NCBI GenBank assembly: GCA_964583135.1
Contig: CAZOVE010000001.1
Location: 8,622 to 72,621, forward strand
DNA length: 64,000 nucleotides
From: an uncultured Oscillospiraceae bacterium
GTDB lineage: Bacteria > Bacillota > Clostridia > Oscillospirales > Oscillospiraceae
Reading direction: 5' to 3'
The translations under genes and the position numbers were made by a program. A model generated the notes under the pieces. That model was given only the letters and a program-made list of their open reading frames with translations, was not told the DNA's origin and searched no databases. Numbering within the stretch: position 1 is the first letter of the stretch; each line of letters opens with the position of its first letter. This document shows positions 44,677 to 54,603 of this stretch, one piece after another.

Positions 44677-45701
44677 AAAGAACAATTTGTTTATTGTGCG
44701 TCTTGACGCTTCTTCTGTCCGGCTGTTCTTCTCTGACGCTGACCCCTGAAAAGAAACAGTATACTGCCACTTTTTTGACTCTGTTCGACACCGTCACCAC
44801 AATTACCGGTCGTGACGACAGCAAAGATGCCTTCTCTGCCAAAGCCCAGAGTATCCATGATGCCTTGCTGGAATATCATCAACTTTTTGACATCTACCAT
44901 ACCTACGATGAATTAAACAACCTCAAAACCATCAACGACAACGCCGGCATCGGCCCGGTCATGGTGGATACACGCATCATTACCCTGCTGCAAGATTGTA
45001 AGCGTTATGCCGCAATCACCGGTGGTAAGGTCAACGCCGCAATGGGCAGTGTGCTGCAGCTTTGGCATGAGGCACGAAGTGACGGCATCAACGATCCGAT
45101 CAACGCCTATCTTCCCGACGAGGCCGCTTTGCGTACTGCCGCCGAGCATATGGATTTTGATCAGGTCATCATCGACGAGACAGCTTCCACCGTTTATATC
45201 GCCGACCCATCACTTCGGTTGGATGTAGGTGCCATTGCCAAAGGCTGGTCGGTTCAGAAAGTTGCCGAAACTGCCCCTACGGGGCTGCTCATTAGTGTCG
45301 GTGGCAATGTCTGTGCCACCGGTCCCAAAGATGAAAACGGCACAGCATGGGTGGTGGGGATCCAAAATCCGAACGGCAGTGAAGAATATCTGCATACACT
45401 CTATGTTACCGGCGGCAGTGTGGTCACCAGCGGTGATTATCAGCGCACCTATATGGTCGACGGCGTGATGTATCACCACATTATTGACCCGGACACCCAA
45501 TATCCCAGTACCTACTGGCGCAGCGTCACTATCCTTTGTGCCGATTCAGGACTAGCCGATGCACTGTCCACTGCCTTGTTCCTACTCCCCCGGTCCGATG
45601 GAGAAGCGCTCCTGCGCCAATGCGACGCAGAAGCCATGTGGGTCGATCAAGACGGTAACATTTTCTATAGTTCCGGATTTGAAGACTATATCAGAACTTG
45701 A
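44673..45701 (+). CDS. apbE: FAD:protein FMN transferase (ApbE family), lipoprotein
   Basis: LSGC lipobox; LDVGAIAKG, VGGN, TSGDYQR, YHHIIDP, ADALSTALF. Confidence 0.95.
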   Translation: MKRTICLLCVLTLLLSGCSSLTLTPEKKQYTATFLTLFDTVTTITGRDDSKDAFSAKAQSIHDALLEYHQLFDIYHTYDELNNLKTINDNAGIGPVMVDTRIITLLQDCKRYAAITGGKVNAAMGSVLQLWHEARSDGINDPINAYLPDEAALRTAAEHMDFDQVIIDETASTVYIADPSLRLDVGAIAKGWSVQKVAETAPTGLLISVGGNVCATGPKDENGTAWVVGIQNPNGSEEYLHTLYVTGGSVVTSGDYQRTYMVDGVMYHHIIDPDTQYPSTYWRSVTILCADSGLADALSTALFLLPRSDGEALLRQCDAEAMWVDQDGNIFYSSGFEDYIRT

Positions 45702-45710
45702 GGTGAATCT

Positions 45711-47003
45711 ATGAAACACCCCTTTTTTGGAGGGATCCACCCTCAATATAACAAAGAAATGTCCACTACCAGTTTGGATTTTCATACCATTGCTCCCCAA
45801 CAGGTGGTGATCCCTCTGCAACAGCACATCGGTGCACCCTGTGTACCTCTGGTCTGTGTAGGCGATCATGTCCTATGGGGACAGAAGATCGGCGACGGCG
45901 AAGGACTTTGCGTACCGGTCCATGCATCCGTCTCCGGCACGGTAACCGCCATTGAAATGCGTCCACACCCCACATTGGGCAGCGCTCCTGCAGTGGTAAT
46001 TGAGAATGATTTCCAAAACACCGCCGTCACCAATCCCATTCCGACGTCGGATGATGAAATCCTCCATGCCATCCGGGAAGCCGGCATCGTGGGCATGGGC
46101 GGTGCCGCCTTCCCCGGTAATGTCAAAGCCCTGACCGCCATGGGCAAGGTCGACACCCTGATCGCCAACGCCTGTGAATGCGAGCCCTATATTACTGCAG
46201 ACGATTCCCTGCTGCGCACCGATCCAGAACACGTAATGGAAGGCATGATGATCCTTGCCGGTCTTTTGAATCCTCGAAGGGTCGTTCTTGCCGTAGAGGA
46301 TAACAAGGCTGCCGCCATCGATAAACTACAGGCATTGCATGGTCAATTCCGGGATATCGAAATTGTCGTTTTGCCCACCCGATATCCCCAGGGTGCGGAA
46401 AAGCAATTGGTACAGGCGGTCACCGGACGGGAGGTTTTGCCCGGAAAACTTCCCGTGAGCGTAGGTTGTGCCGTATTCAATGTGTCCACTTTTGCTGCCA
46501 TCTATCGGGCCGTACGGTTGGGCATGCCCCTGACACGACGCATTGTTACGGTTTCCGGCGAAGCCATTGGCGCGCCTCAGAATTTCATCGTTCCCATCGG
46601 CACCACATTTCATGATCTGATTGAAGTTGCCGGCGGTCTAAACGACCAAACCGAACGTGTCATCAGCGGTGGACCCATGATGGGCGTAGCTCAGGATGAC
46701 CTGCAGGTACCGGTCGTAAAAGCCACCAACTCCATCCTTTGCCTGCTGAAGGATCGAAATGGCGCTGCCGAAAATCCGGTATGTCTGCGCTGTGGCAAGT
46801 GCGTCAGTGCCTGCCCCATGCTACTACAGCCCCTGTATCTATACCGATTTGTTCTCGCTCGGCAAACGAACGAACTAGAGCGGCTTCACTTGATGGACTG
46901 CATGGAGTGCGGTAGCTGTGCCTTTACCTGCCCCGGCAAATTGCCTCTGGTGGAACAATTCCGGGTCGGCAAAAAACTGTTGAAGGAGGCGCAAACGAAA
47001 TGA
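45711..47003 (+). CDS. rnfC: Rnf electron transport subunit C
   Basis: FFGGIHP, QHIGAP, HASVSG, GIVGMGGAAFP, ECEPYITAD, YPQGAEK, two 4Fe-4S motifs CLRCGKCVSACP and CMECGSCAFTCP. Confidence 0.95.
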   Translation: MKHPFFGGIHPQYNKEMSTTSLDFHTIAPQQVVIPLQQHIGAPCVPLVCVGDHVLWGQKIGDGEGLCVPVHASVSGTVTAIEMRPHPTLGSAPAVVIENDFQNTAVTNPIPTSDDEILHAIREAGIVGMGGAAFPGNVKALTAMGKVDTLIANACECEPYITADDSLLRTDPEHVMEGMMILAGLLNPRRVVLAVEDNKAAAIDKLQALHGQFRDIEIVVLPTRYPQGAEKQLVQAVTGREVLPGKLPVSVGCAVFNVSTFAAIYRAVRLGMPLTRRIVTVSGEAIGAPQNFIVPIGTTFHDLIEVAGGLNDQTERVISGGPMMGVAQDDLQVPVVKATNSILCLLKDRNGAAENPVCLRCGKCVSACPMLLQPLYLYRFVLARQTNELERLHLMDCMECGSCAFTCPGKLPLVEQFRVGKKLLKEAQTK

Positions 47004-47941
47004 AATTAACGGTTGCTTCTTCTCCTCATATTCGTGGCAATTTTTCCACTCGCCGGATCATGCTGGATGTGGTGATCGCACTACTGCCAGCATTGGCGGT
47101 GGGTATCTGGAATTTTGGGCTGCGGGCACTACTGGTAACACTGCTGTGCATCGGTTCTACCATTGCGACGGAGTGTCTTTACAATCTGCTCACCCGCAGC
47201 CGTAATACCATTGTAGATGGTTCCGCAATGGTCACGGGACTGCTTCTGGCCTTGACCCTGCCCCACACCGTGCCCCTTTGGCAGGTCTGCGTGGGCGGTG
47301 TCTTTGCCATTGTGGTCGCAAAAATGCTTTGCGGCGGTTTGGGACAAAATATCTTCAATCCTGCGCTTGCGGCACGTGCATTTTTGATGCTGATCTACCC
47401 CGTAGGGCTGACTCGCTACGAAGGTTTGGACGGTGTTACCTCCGCCACAGCATTGCATCACATGGTGATGCCTGCATTGCCGGAGGAAAGCCTGTTGGAT
47501 ATGTTCCTCGGCAACTGCCCCGGCTCCATCGGCGAAATCTCCACTCTTGCATTGCTGCTAGGGGGCGTGTATCTGCTCTGGCGCAAGGTCATCTCCCCCA
47601 GAATTCCGCTGGCCTATCTGGGCAGCGTAGCTGTGCTGAGTCTGCTGTTTTCTCGTGCCGGTACGCCACTGCAATGGACGGCCTATTCCCTGCTCAGTGG
47701 CGGCGTTATGCTCGGCGCCATCTTCATGGCCACCGACTATGCCACATCCCCTGCCACTGCACGGGGTCAACTCCTTTACGGTATTGGCTGCGGCAGTTTG
47801 ACGGTATTGTTGCGCCGCTTTGGACTATTCCCCGAGGGTGTCACGTATGCCATTTTGCTAATGAATGCCTTGGTCTGGTGTATTGATCGATATACACCGC
47901 CCAGACGTTTCGGCAGCAAAAAAGGAGGTGCAGTCCAATGA
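47000..47941 (+). CDS. rnfD: Rnf electron transport subunit D
   Basis: SSPHI, GGLGQNIFNPA, FMN site DGVTSAT, GSIGEIS, FMATDYATSP. Confidence 0.95.
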   Translation: MKLTVASSPHIRGNFSTRRIMLDVVIALLPALAVGIWNFGLRALLVTLLCIGSTIATECLYNLLTRSRNTIVDGSAMVTGLLLALTLPHTVPLWQVCVGGVFAIVVAKMLCGGLGQNIFNPALAARAFLMLIYPVGLTRYEGLDGVTSATALHHMVMPALPEESLLDMFLGNCPGSIGEISTLALLLGGVYLLWRKVISPRIPLAYLGSVAVLSLLFSRAGTPLQWTAYSLLSGGVMLGAIFMATDYATSPATARGQLLYGIGCGSLTVLLRRFGLFPEGVTYAILLMNALVWCIDRYTPPRRFGSKKGGAVQ

Positions 47942-48531
47942 AAAAAACAATTTGGACACCACTGCTGACCATTCTTGTGGCAGCTGCTCTGCTGTTGGGA
48001 GCATCCTTTGCCTTGCAAAGCATTGCCTCCGCCAATGCGCAGAAAGAACATCTGTGGATTCTGCAGACATTGCTGCCGGGCAGTAGCGATTTTGTGGTAG
48101 AACCCTATGCCGGCGAAGATGCAATCATTCGTTCCGTCCACAAGGCAGACAACGGATTTGTCATTGAGACCGTCACCTATGGTTATGCCGGAGAAATCAC
48201 CATGCTCATCGGTGTTAACAAAGAAGGTAAGGTCACTGGTCTGGTGATTCGGGATATGCAAGAAACCTTCGGCTTGGGTGCTAAGGCACTCAACGACCAT
48301 GCATTTCTGGCGCAATTCCTAAATACTGCCGGCGATGTTTCCATCCGTACCAACGCCGCAGATGCATTTAGCGCCGCCACCGGCACAATAACCGCCGAGG
48401 GCACCCACGAAGTGGATGGAATCACCGGCGCTACCGTGACCTCCAAGGCAATTGCCCGGTGTGTCAATGCAGCCGTGGCATATGTAACCGGTGCCGATGT
48501 CGATTCCGGCGCCACTTCTTGGGGAGGTTGA
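47938..48531 (+). CDS. rnfG: RnfG-like FMN-binding protein
   Basis: N-terminal TM anchor; GYAGEI, ETFGLG, VDGITGATVTSKA. Confidence 0.88.
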   Translation: MKKTIWTPLLTILVAAALLLGASFALQSIASANAQKEHLWILQTLLPGSSDFVVEPYAGEDAIIRSVHKADNGFVIETVTYGYAGEITMLIGVNKEGKVTGLVIRDMQETFGLGAKALNDHAFLAQFLNTAGDVSIRTNAADAFSAATGTITAEGTHEVDGITGATVTSKAIARCVNAAVAYVTGADVDSGATSWGG

Positions 48532-48535
48532 TGGT

Positions 48536-48973
48536 ATGAAAGAAAATAAGTATCTCCTCAACACCGTCCTAGCCATTGCGGTTGGCATTGCGCTGCTGGT
48601 CTGCGTGTTGGTGCGTACCTTTGCACCTGCCGCCATTCTGCCCGCGATGAATGTTCCCAACATGGTGCTACTCTGCTTGGTGGCGCTACTAATCGACCAT
48701 TATCTTGCCAAGAATGCCAAGCGATGCTACGTCTGCATCCCGTTGCTTTCGGCCTTGACCTTTGGCCTGTTACCTTGGTGTGCCAGTTTCGTTACCGGCC
48801 CGGAAGCGCTGCGATTGGCGCTTGTGGGTGGCATTGTCTTCACCCTCACCACTTTCCTGTTCTCCTCCATGCAAGACCGTCTGTCCTCCGGCCCTACCGC
48901 TAAAGCCGCTCCGATCATGAGCGCTCTGGTGCTGTATTTGGCGGCACAATGCTTTGCCGGTTGGATCCTATAA
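48536..48973 (+). CDS. small polytopic membrane protein of unknown function
   Basis: 145 aa, 4-5 hydrophobic helices, GGAGG RBS. Last gene before the terminator; no RnfE/RnfA G[LI]CP motif seen. Confidence 0.75.
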   Translation: MKENKYLLNTVLAIAVGIALLVCVLVRTFAPAAILPAMNVPNMVLLCLVALLIDHYLAKNAKRCYVCIPLLSALTFGLLPWCASFVTGPEALRLALVGGIVFTLTTFLFSSMQDRLSSGPTAKAAPIMSALVLYLAAQCFAGWIL

Positions 48974-48981
48974 ACCGTAAC

Positions 48982-49019
48982 AAAACGACTGCGATCCGCA
49001 TTGGATCGCAGTCATTTTT
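48982..49019. terminator. bidirectional intrinsic terminator
   Basis: AAAAC-GACTGCGATCC-GCATT-GGATCGCAGTC-ATTTTT between convergent operons. Confidence 0.8.
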
Positions 49020-50373
49020 CTTTGTTATGAACTTCAATTGCATTTGCAAGTTCTTTTACCGCCTTCTCAAAGGCCTCTGCCAGTGCATGGGCGGTATTTT
49101 TTCCTGTGGAATTGGTTTCCTCATAGTGATCTCCCGCAGCTTCTTGAACATAAGGCAGATCCTCATGGAGTACGAAATCACTGGGCGGCACAATATAGCC
49201 GATCTCGTCATTAGCAAGGCCAATCACCATTAGTTTTTCCATCCCATACCGGGCGGCGATGGCTTTCAGCCCTTCCGGGTCGCCATCCTCTTTCGTACCG
49301 CTGACCAGCTCCGGGAAAACTTCTCCCGGTATCAGCGCCAAGGCCACATCCCCCATGCGCACCACGTTCAGCTCCGTTTGCAGCCGATAGCCGCCAAACA
49401 GATTGTGGGTAACCTCATTGTTCAAAATTCCAAGGAATTTATAGTATTGGAAGAGGGTATTGTCCAGCTCGGTGGAAAACTCAACTCGAGAGAGGCTCAG
49501 TTTCGGCATCAGTTTCGTGCCTTCCGTAGCTGACAGCACCCGGTTGCTGATCCACCGCCCGGTCTGAAGCAGGTTTTCTTCCACATCCTCTTTGAATCGG
49601 GGCGTCAGAATCAGTCCGCCAATGGCTCCGGGGACATACACCACATCGTCCCCCGTCTCAGCGCTTACCGTATCGCAGACCACACCGGGATAATCCCGGG
49701 AGACCAAGGTATTTTCCGAACGCAGCGCCTCTGCGTGGGCCGCAAAGGAAATGAGCCGGATGGCATTGTGGGCAGAATCCTCCGGAACAAACCGCAATTG
49801 ATACAAATTGCTGTCGTAGGTTTGGGGATTGCGGGAGTCTTCCTGCAATCCTTCCGTTTTCGTCACCGACCAGTAGAAATCGCCACGGCTTCGGTCCTCA
49901 TAGGCATTTTCCGCTGCGCTTACCGCACCGGCAATCAGGATTTCCATGAAATCTTCGTTTTTTCCGTCCATGCCCATAGGACCCCACAGGCCCAAAGTAT
50001 CCACACCGGCATGGGTATGGGTGGAGATGACATTGACACTGTCACAACCGTTATTTTTGCAGAAATCGGACAGCCGATCCCGAATTTCCTGCACCGTTCC
50101 GCTGCCGAGGCCCACGCAATCCACCACAATCAGCACCGTGGCGGTATTACCGTCAGAAATCCACATAGCTCTGGCCTGTTGCAAATCCCGAACGCCGGTA
50201 ATTTCCCGGCCCATGTGATAACCGGCAATGTACAAAGGCTCGTCACTGTCCACAGGAAGTTCCAAATTGGCGCAGCCAAACCCCGCTTCCCAGCAATACT
50301 CCGCCGCTGGCGGCTGGTCGCAACCGCCAAGAAGTAGGATTGCCGCCAAGAGAATTGCGATCCATTTTTTCAT
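49012..50373 (-). CDS. neutral/alkaline ceramidase-like fold lipoprotein (putative amidase or deacylase)
   Basis: Lipobox LGGC; IAGY, DLQQARA, STHTHAG, AAHAE, SRDYPG, IPGEVFPEL, GYI, YEET. Confidence 0.7.
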   Translation of the reverse strand: MKKWIAILLAAILLLGGCDQPPAAEYCWEAGFGCANLELPVDSDEPLYIAGYHMGREITGVRDLQQARAMWISDGNTATVLIVVDCVGLGSGTVQEIRDRLSDFCKNNGCDSVNVISTHTHAGVDTLGLWGPMGMDGKNEDFMEILIAGAVSAAENAYEDRSRGDFYWSVTKTEGLQEDSRNPQTYDSNLYQLRFVPEDSAHNAIRLISFAAHAEALRSENTLVSRDYPGVVCDTVSAETGDDVVYVPGAIGGLILTPRFKEDVEENLLQTGRWISNRVLSATEGTKLMPKLSLSRVEFSTELDNTLFQYYKFLGILNNEVTHNLFGGYRLQTELNVVRMGDVALALIPGEVFPELVSGTKEDGDPEGLKAIAARYGMEKLMVIGLANDEIGYIVPPSDFVLHEDLPYVQEAAGDHYEETNSTGKNTAHALAEAFEKAVKELANAIEVHNKEK

Positions 50374-50759
50374 CCCAATCCCCCCTTAGACAGCACATCC
50401 AGAAGTGAAAACAGCACATCTCCAAAAAGAATGCCGTTGACTTTGGTGGTTAGCATCGCCACCGCTACCAAAAGCACCCAAAGCAGAATGCCACCGAGCA
50501 CCGCCAGGACGATGGAATACCATTTTCGGCAATATTTGCAGACGGGACAGGCAAAGGCATAAGCCAAAATCAGGATCAGCCATGCAGGAGTATAATAGCT
50601 TCCATGGCGAATCTGGGCAAAAATTTGCTGAAACTGCGGTTCTGAATCCAAAAAAGACCAGAGATTCCGAATGAGCAGTTGGGCTATCACTGATGCGCTG
50701 ATTCCCATCCCCACCACAATGGCCGCAATTGTCCATATTCTGCGTTTGCTTTCCGTCAT
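50370..50759 (-). CDS. hypothetical membrane protein
   Basis: 129 aa with three hydrophobic segments; ATGA overlap with the next gene. Confidence 0.65.
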   Translation of the reverse strand: MTESKRRIWTIAAIVVGMGISASVIAQLLIRNLWSFLDSEPQFQQIFAQIRHGSYYTPAWLILILAYAFACPVCKYCRKWYSIVLAVLGGILLWVLLVAVAMLTTKVNGILFGDVLFSLLDVLSKGGLG

Positions 50760-50775
50760 CTACAGCACCTTCTTC

Positions 50776-52686
50776 TCAGGAAATTGTGACCCGTTTCCCG
50801 TCGGTAACGCCTTGGGCTACCGGGTTACCATCCCGCAACGCCTGCCATCCATCTTTTTCCACCCGAATTTCCCAACAATGACCACACAGATACAATGACC
50901 GAATGTGCAAATGCGGCATCTCCCGTGGCAACCGTGGCACAAACGAGAAAGATGTCAACCCTTCCGGTTGCAATGACAGCATTCCCTCGGTCACGATACG
51001 CACTAATAGCGCACTCTCTGCCGAAAGCTGCCTCTTAGCGCCCTCGGGATAGGCTTCCACGGCATAGGGCACTCGATCGCACAGCAGCCGTTTGTGACAG
51101 TAGGTTACAAACGGCTGCAACACTCGATCACCATAACCGCTGGCAAAAGCCGTCTTCAATCCATAAAGTGTCGAGCGATCCCAAATGGTACTGTCCCGAT
51201 TATCCTGCGACAATTCGCAAGACAGCATTCCTTCCTCCGTCCACAGGTACTGCGACAGCATCGCATCCATCGTGCCCTCCAGTCGATCCTCGATGCCCAT
51301 GCATAGGGGCAGACAAATCCAGGACCGCAAGGTATCAAAGCCCTTGGAATAGCGATACGTTTCGAAACCGTGGAGGTTTGCACCGTAGTATTCTTCGATA
51401 GCAAGGCGCAATTTGTTCGCCCGTTGACGGTATTGCGCCGCAGTTTCGGGATCCTTCAATGAATCCGCCAGCTTCGCCGCCGCCATCAAGCCACCGTAAC
51501 ACAATGCAGACGTAGAGAGATTGGCGTAACCATCCGTAGGAATGCGCCCTTCCAGCTCGTCCGTATCCGACAGGACGACCCCTTCCGCTCCGGTATGGCG
51601 ATAGCAATATTCAGCACACCAACAAATCGCCGGATACAGCTCCTGCGCCACTGCCCGATCCCCCAAATAGAGGGCAAACAGGGATGCGCCGTACAAATAC
51701 ATCGCAGCATCGCCTCGATCACCGGCCCCATTCCAGATATCCAAGCCCTCAGCAATAACGGAAGACGGCAAGGGCGCAAAGTTTTCCGCCATGTAGGGAA
51801 TATACGCCCGATAGGCATTCAACGAGGCTTCGATGGCAACACTGTCACCGGTCATGGCAAAGTGAGGGCCGGCGTATTCGACCTGATCGTTGCACCACAC
51901 CGCCGCATAGTAGGTTCTGCCCCCGGGGGAATGGAGCTTGCCGGTCAATGTCTGAAAAATGCTCTCGCCGGCTCGCAGTTTTGCAAATCGCACCATGGCA
52001 TCCACCGAAGCAATACCGGTAGAAACAACTATAGAATTCTCGCAAAGCTGCCGAATGCGGCAGTAACGAGCCAACCGTTCTTCCGCACTCCGAGGCATCG
52101 GCTGGGGTTTTCCGGCGATTTGTGCGCTGATGCATACCGTCATGCGCACCGCTTGACCGGCTTGCAACACAATGTGCGCCGGTGCATCGTGGCTTACCCG
52201 GGATACATATACGCCTTTTGTGCCCAGCGTATAGCGCAATACCGTTTCCTTCGGTTGCGCAACCGCCAGTGTCACATCCTGCAGAGCTGTTAGCCACAAG
52301 CATTGTAAAGTACACAGTCCGTCGGAAGCCGGCAAAAATTGCCGCCGGATCTGCACGCCGACATCGGTATGGCTTTCCACCGCCCATGTTCCGTCTAGCA
52401 CAAACCTCTGGGGATATTCCGCCACGGCTTGCCCGTTATGCAAAAAGGTCAATAGCTGCGTTTGGGGCACCTGTACCTCCAACGTAGCATGGGTATTGTT
52501 GGGAATCGTGCGCAGCGTGGGAAAATAGCAGTCGCACTGTAGCAGCAGACGTCCTGCATCATCGACGCCATAATCGACGATGCAATCACACCCCAGACCA
52601 CTCATTTCATAATTATCCCGATGGGTCTGTCGAGGTTGCACCGGCCAAACGATGGCATCTGCCTCCAATTTCCAAATTTCTTTCAC
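50776..52686 (-). CDS. six-hairpin (alpha/alpha)6 glycosidase-like protein
   Basis: YYAAVWCNDQVEY, GDRGDAAMY, SDTDELEGR, YAVEAYPEG; helical catalytic region; GTG start after GGAGG. Confidence 0.7.
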   Translation of the reverse strand: MKEIWKLEADAIVWPVQPRQTHRDNYEMSGLGCDCIVDYGVDDAGRLLLQCDCYFPTLRTIPNNTHATLEVQVPQTQLLTFLHNGQAVAEYPQRFVLDGTWAVESHTDVGVQIRRQFLPASDGLCTLQCLWLTALQDVTLAVAQPKETVLRYTLGTKGVYVSRVSHDAPAHIVLQAGQAVRMTVCISAQIAGKPQPMPRSAEERLARYCRIRQLCENSIVVSTGIASVDAMVRFAKLRAGESIFQTLTGKLHSPGGRTYYAAVWCNDQVEYAGPHFAMTGDSVAIEASLNAYRAYIPYMAENFAPLPSSVIAEGLDIWNGAGDRGDAAMYLYGASLFALYLGDRAVAQELYPAICWCAEYCYRHTGAEGVVLSDTDELEGRIPTDGYANLSTSALCYGGLMAAAKLADSLKDPETAAQYRQRANKLRLAIEEYYGANLHGFETYRYSKGFDTLRSWICLPLCMGIEDRLEGTMDAMLSQYLWTEEGMLSCELSQDNRDSTIWDRSTLYGLKTAFASGYGDRVLQPFVTYCHKRLLCDRVPYAVEAYPEGAKRQLSAESALLVRIVTEGMLSLQPEGLTSFSFVPRLPREMPHLHIRSLYLCGHCWEIRVEKDGWQALRDGNPVAQGVTDGKRVTIS

Positions 52687-52703
52687 GCTACCGCCTCCTT
52701 CCT

Positions 52704-54593
52704 TTACTCCAGAATCACCAGACCGTCCCTGTCGTAATCGAAATGATCCTGCAGATTGCTCTTCGTCAACACCGCACCATTGATGCGGACATTCTTCAGT
52801 AGGATCTGCAGCACATTACTGCTGTCGCCACCCCGCGCCTGCGCATTCATTTGAGCATTGCCGCTGATATTCTCAAAGACAACATTGCGAATCACGCTTT
52901 CCTGCAAATCATTGGAATACACACCCACCTGAATGGGTCTACCGGCATCATAATGGATCTCGATGTTGCGGAATGTAACACCATCCACCACGCCGGAGCC
53001 GCATTCGCGTAGCACCACCAAGGAGCCAATGCGATTATTATCCCATGTAGCATCCCGGAAGATCACAATACCGTCTTCAAAAAGGATATTGGACACGTCC
53101 TTCTCGATTTCGCCGATCACACCAAAGCAACGAGCCTTACTCCCCCATGCTTGGCAGCGTTGGAAAGTAATGTTCCGACTGACCGCACCGGCCACACCGC
53201 CCAAGGTCTTCACCTCGAACATATCATCGCCGGTACGCGCAAAGCAATCCGTTACTTCTACGTCGATACTGTTGCAGATGGCGAAGGCATCGCTATTGGT
53301 GCGGTAACCCAGTACCGCACACTGAGTTACGGTGACATTCTGGCATCGATATGTAATAAACGCCCACTCGCAGGGATTGATGATGATCACGCCATCCATG
53401 GTCACATTGTTACACAGAGAGAATACGATACCCCGTCGTTCATGCCAGTCCAATTGCGTCATGTTCACGGTGCCTCGACCGGCGATCACGAGATTTTCAG
53501 CCTTGTAACCATTGATCACCGGATAACGGTTGAGTCCCAACTCGTTGCAGTATTTTGCACCCAGTTCCGATTCTGTGGCAGCAGCCTCGTCACTCATAAT
53601 GTCGATGGTGTGCTTCGGCAACAGAATGGCACCGGATTTCAGGTACAGGACCATATTACTGCTTTGCAGTAATACATAGTCGATTTCGTGGATGCCCGGT
53701 TCATAAATCAGGACATTTTCCTCACCATATTGGGTCTGATAGGCCGCAATTTCCGCCCCCTCATCCCGATAGCTTCGCACAAAGACAGTCAAAGCATATT
53801 TCTGACTATCGTTGATGACCAAGGTATACACGCCATGTTGTGTTGCTTCAAAGGTAATGGTCTGCCCCCGTATCTTCGCCTCTGTATGCTCCTGTGCAAA
53901 GACTTGCGCTGCGTGGAGCGGTATGGAATCTTGCACCGTTACGCAAATCTGTACGGATGTATGCGCTCCAAAGCAGACATCCACCGAAGCGAAAGAGTGC
54001 AGCGCCCCGGAATTATCCGTCGCTACATACACCGGTGTGGCATACACCGGCAAAGTGACCTCATCCACAGTCGCCTCGAAATACGGTGAAATGACCATAT
54101 TGGTTCCGGAATAATGGCGATTGCCCAGGTAATCACTCCCACCCGCCGCTCTGGCGCACAGACTGCTTTCACTGATCCAGCTCCAGAACAACGTCTTGAC
54201 AGCAGATTTCGGATATGTCAGCGGCTCCAGCGCATAGGTATCCACCACAGGCTGCGTTGTCGGCTGCGTTGGTGACTCTGTCGGCGTTTCCGTTGCCGGC
54301 TGTGTTGGTGACTCTGTCGGCGTTTCCGTTGCCGGCTGTGTTGGTGACTCTGTCGGCGTTTCCGTTACCGGCTGCGTTTCCGGATACGTCACGGTAGGCT
54401 GCGTCGGATCGGAAGCAGACTGCGTCTGTCCGGCAGTGGATAGCGTATCAGTCGACTGGGTTGGATGACCTGTCATTACTGTCCCCTCCTGCGTGGATTG
54501 GTCTTCCTTTGGATCACGCTGTGCAATACAGCCTACAAGGCAGAGCGTCGCCAGCAACAATGCTACAAAGCGTCGACAAGATCGTTGTTTCAT
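52704..54593 (-). CDS. beta-helix (GH28/GH49-like fold) lipoprotein with a Thr/Pro linker
   Basis: Lipobox LVGC; PGIH, LYLKSGA, IAGRGTV, NSDA..RTGDD catalytic-type motif. Confidence 0.75.
   Translation of the reverse strand: MKQRSCRRFVALLLATLCLVGCIAQRDPKEDQSTQEGTVMTGHPTQSTDTLSTAGQTQSASDPTQPTVTYPETQPVTETPTESPTQPATETPTESPTQPATETPTESPTQPTTQPVVDTYALEPLTYPKSAVKTLFWSWISESSLCARAAGGSDYLGNRHYSGTNMVISPYFEATVDEVTLPVYATPVYVATDNSGALHSFASVDVCFGAHTSVQICVTVQDSIPLHAAQVFAQEHTEAKIRGQTITFEATQHGVYTLVINDSQKYALTVFVRSYRDEGAEIAAYQTQYGEENVLIYEPGIHEIDYVLLQSSNMVLYLKSGAILLPKHTIDIMSDEAAATESELGAKYCNELGLNRYPVINGYKAENLVIAGRGTVNMTQLDWHERRGIVFSLCNNVTMDGVIIINPCEWAFITYRCQNVTVTQCAVLGYRTNSDAFAICNSIDVEVTDCFARTGDDMFEVKTLGGVAGAVSRNITFQRCQAWGSKARCFGVIGEIEKDVSNILFEDGIVIFRDATWDNNRIGSLVVLRECGSGVVDGVTFRNIEIHYDAGRPIQVGVYSNDLQESVIRNVVFENISGNAQMNAQARGGDSSNVLQILLKNVRINGAVLTKSNLQDHFDYDRDGLVILE
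54261..54378. repeat. 36 bp coding tandem repeat, about 3.3 units (TQPATETPTESP)
   Basis: CGGCTGYGTTGGTGACTCTGTCGGCGTTTCCGTTRC at 54261, 54297, 54333 and partially at 54369. Confidence 0.9.
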
Positions 54594-54603
54594 ACATCGC
54601 TCC

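Noticed and set aside
48536..48973. Calling this gene rnfE
   Set aside because: Too short and lacks the recognisable RnfE/RnfA Cys-containing motifs.
54261..54378. 36 bp repeats as a CRISPR array
   Set aside because: Units are contiguous with no spacers, in frame within a coding linker, and no cas genes are present.
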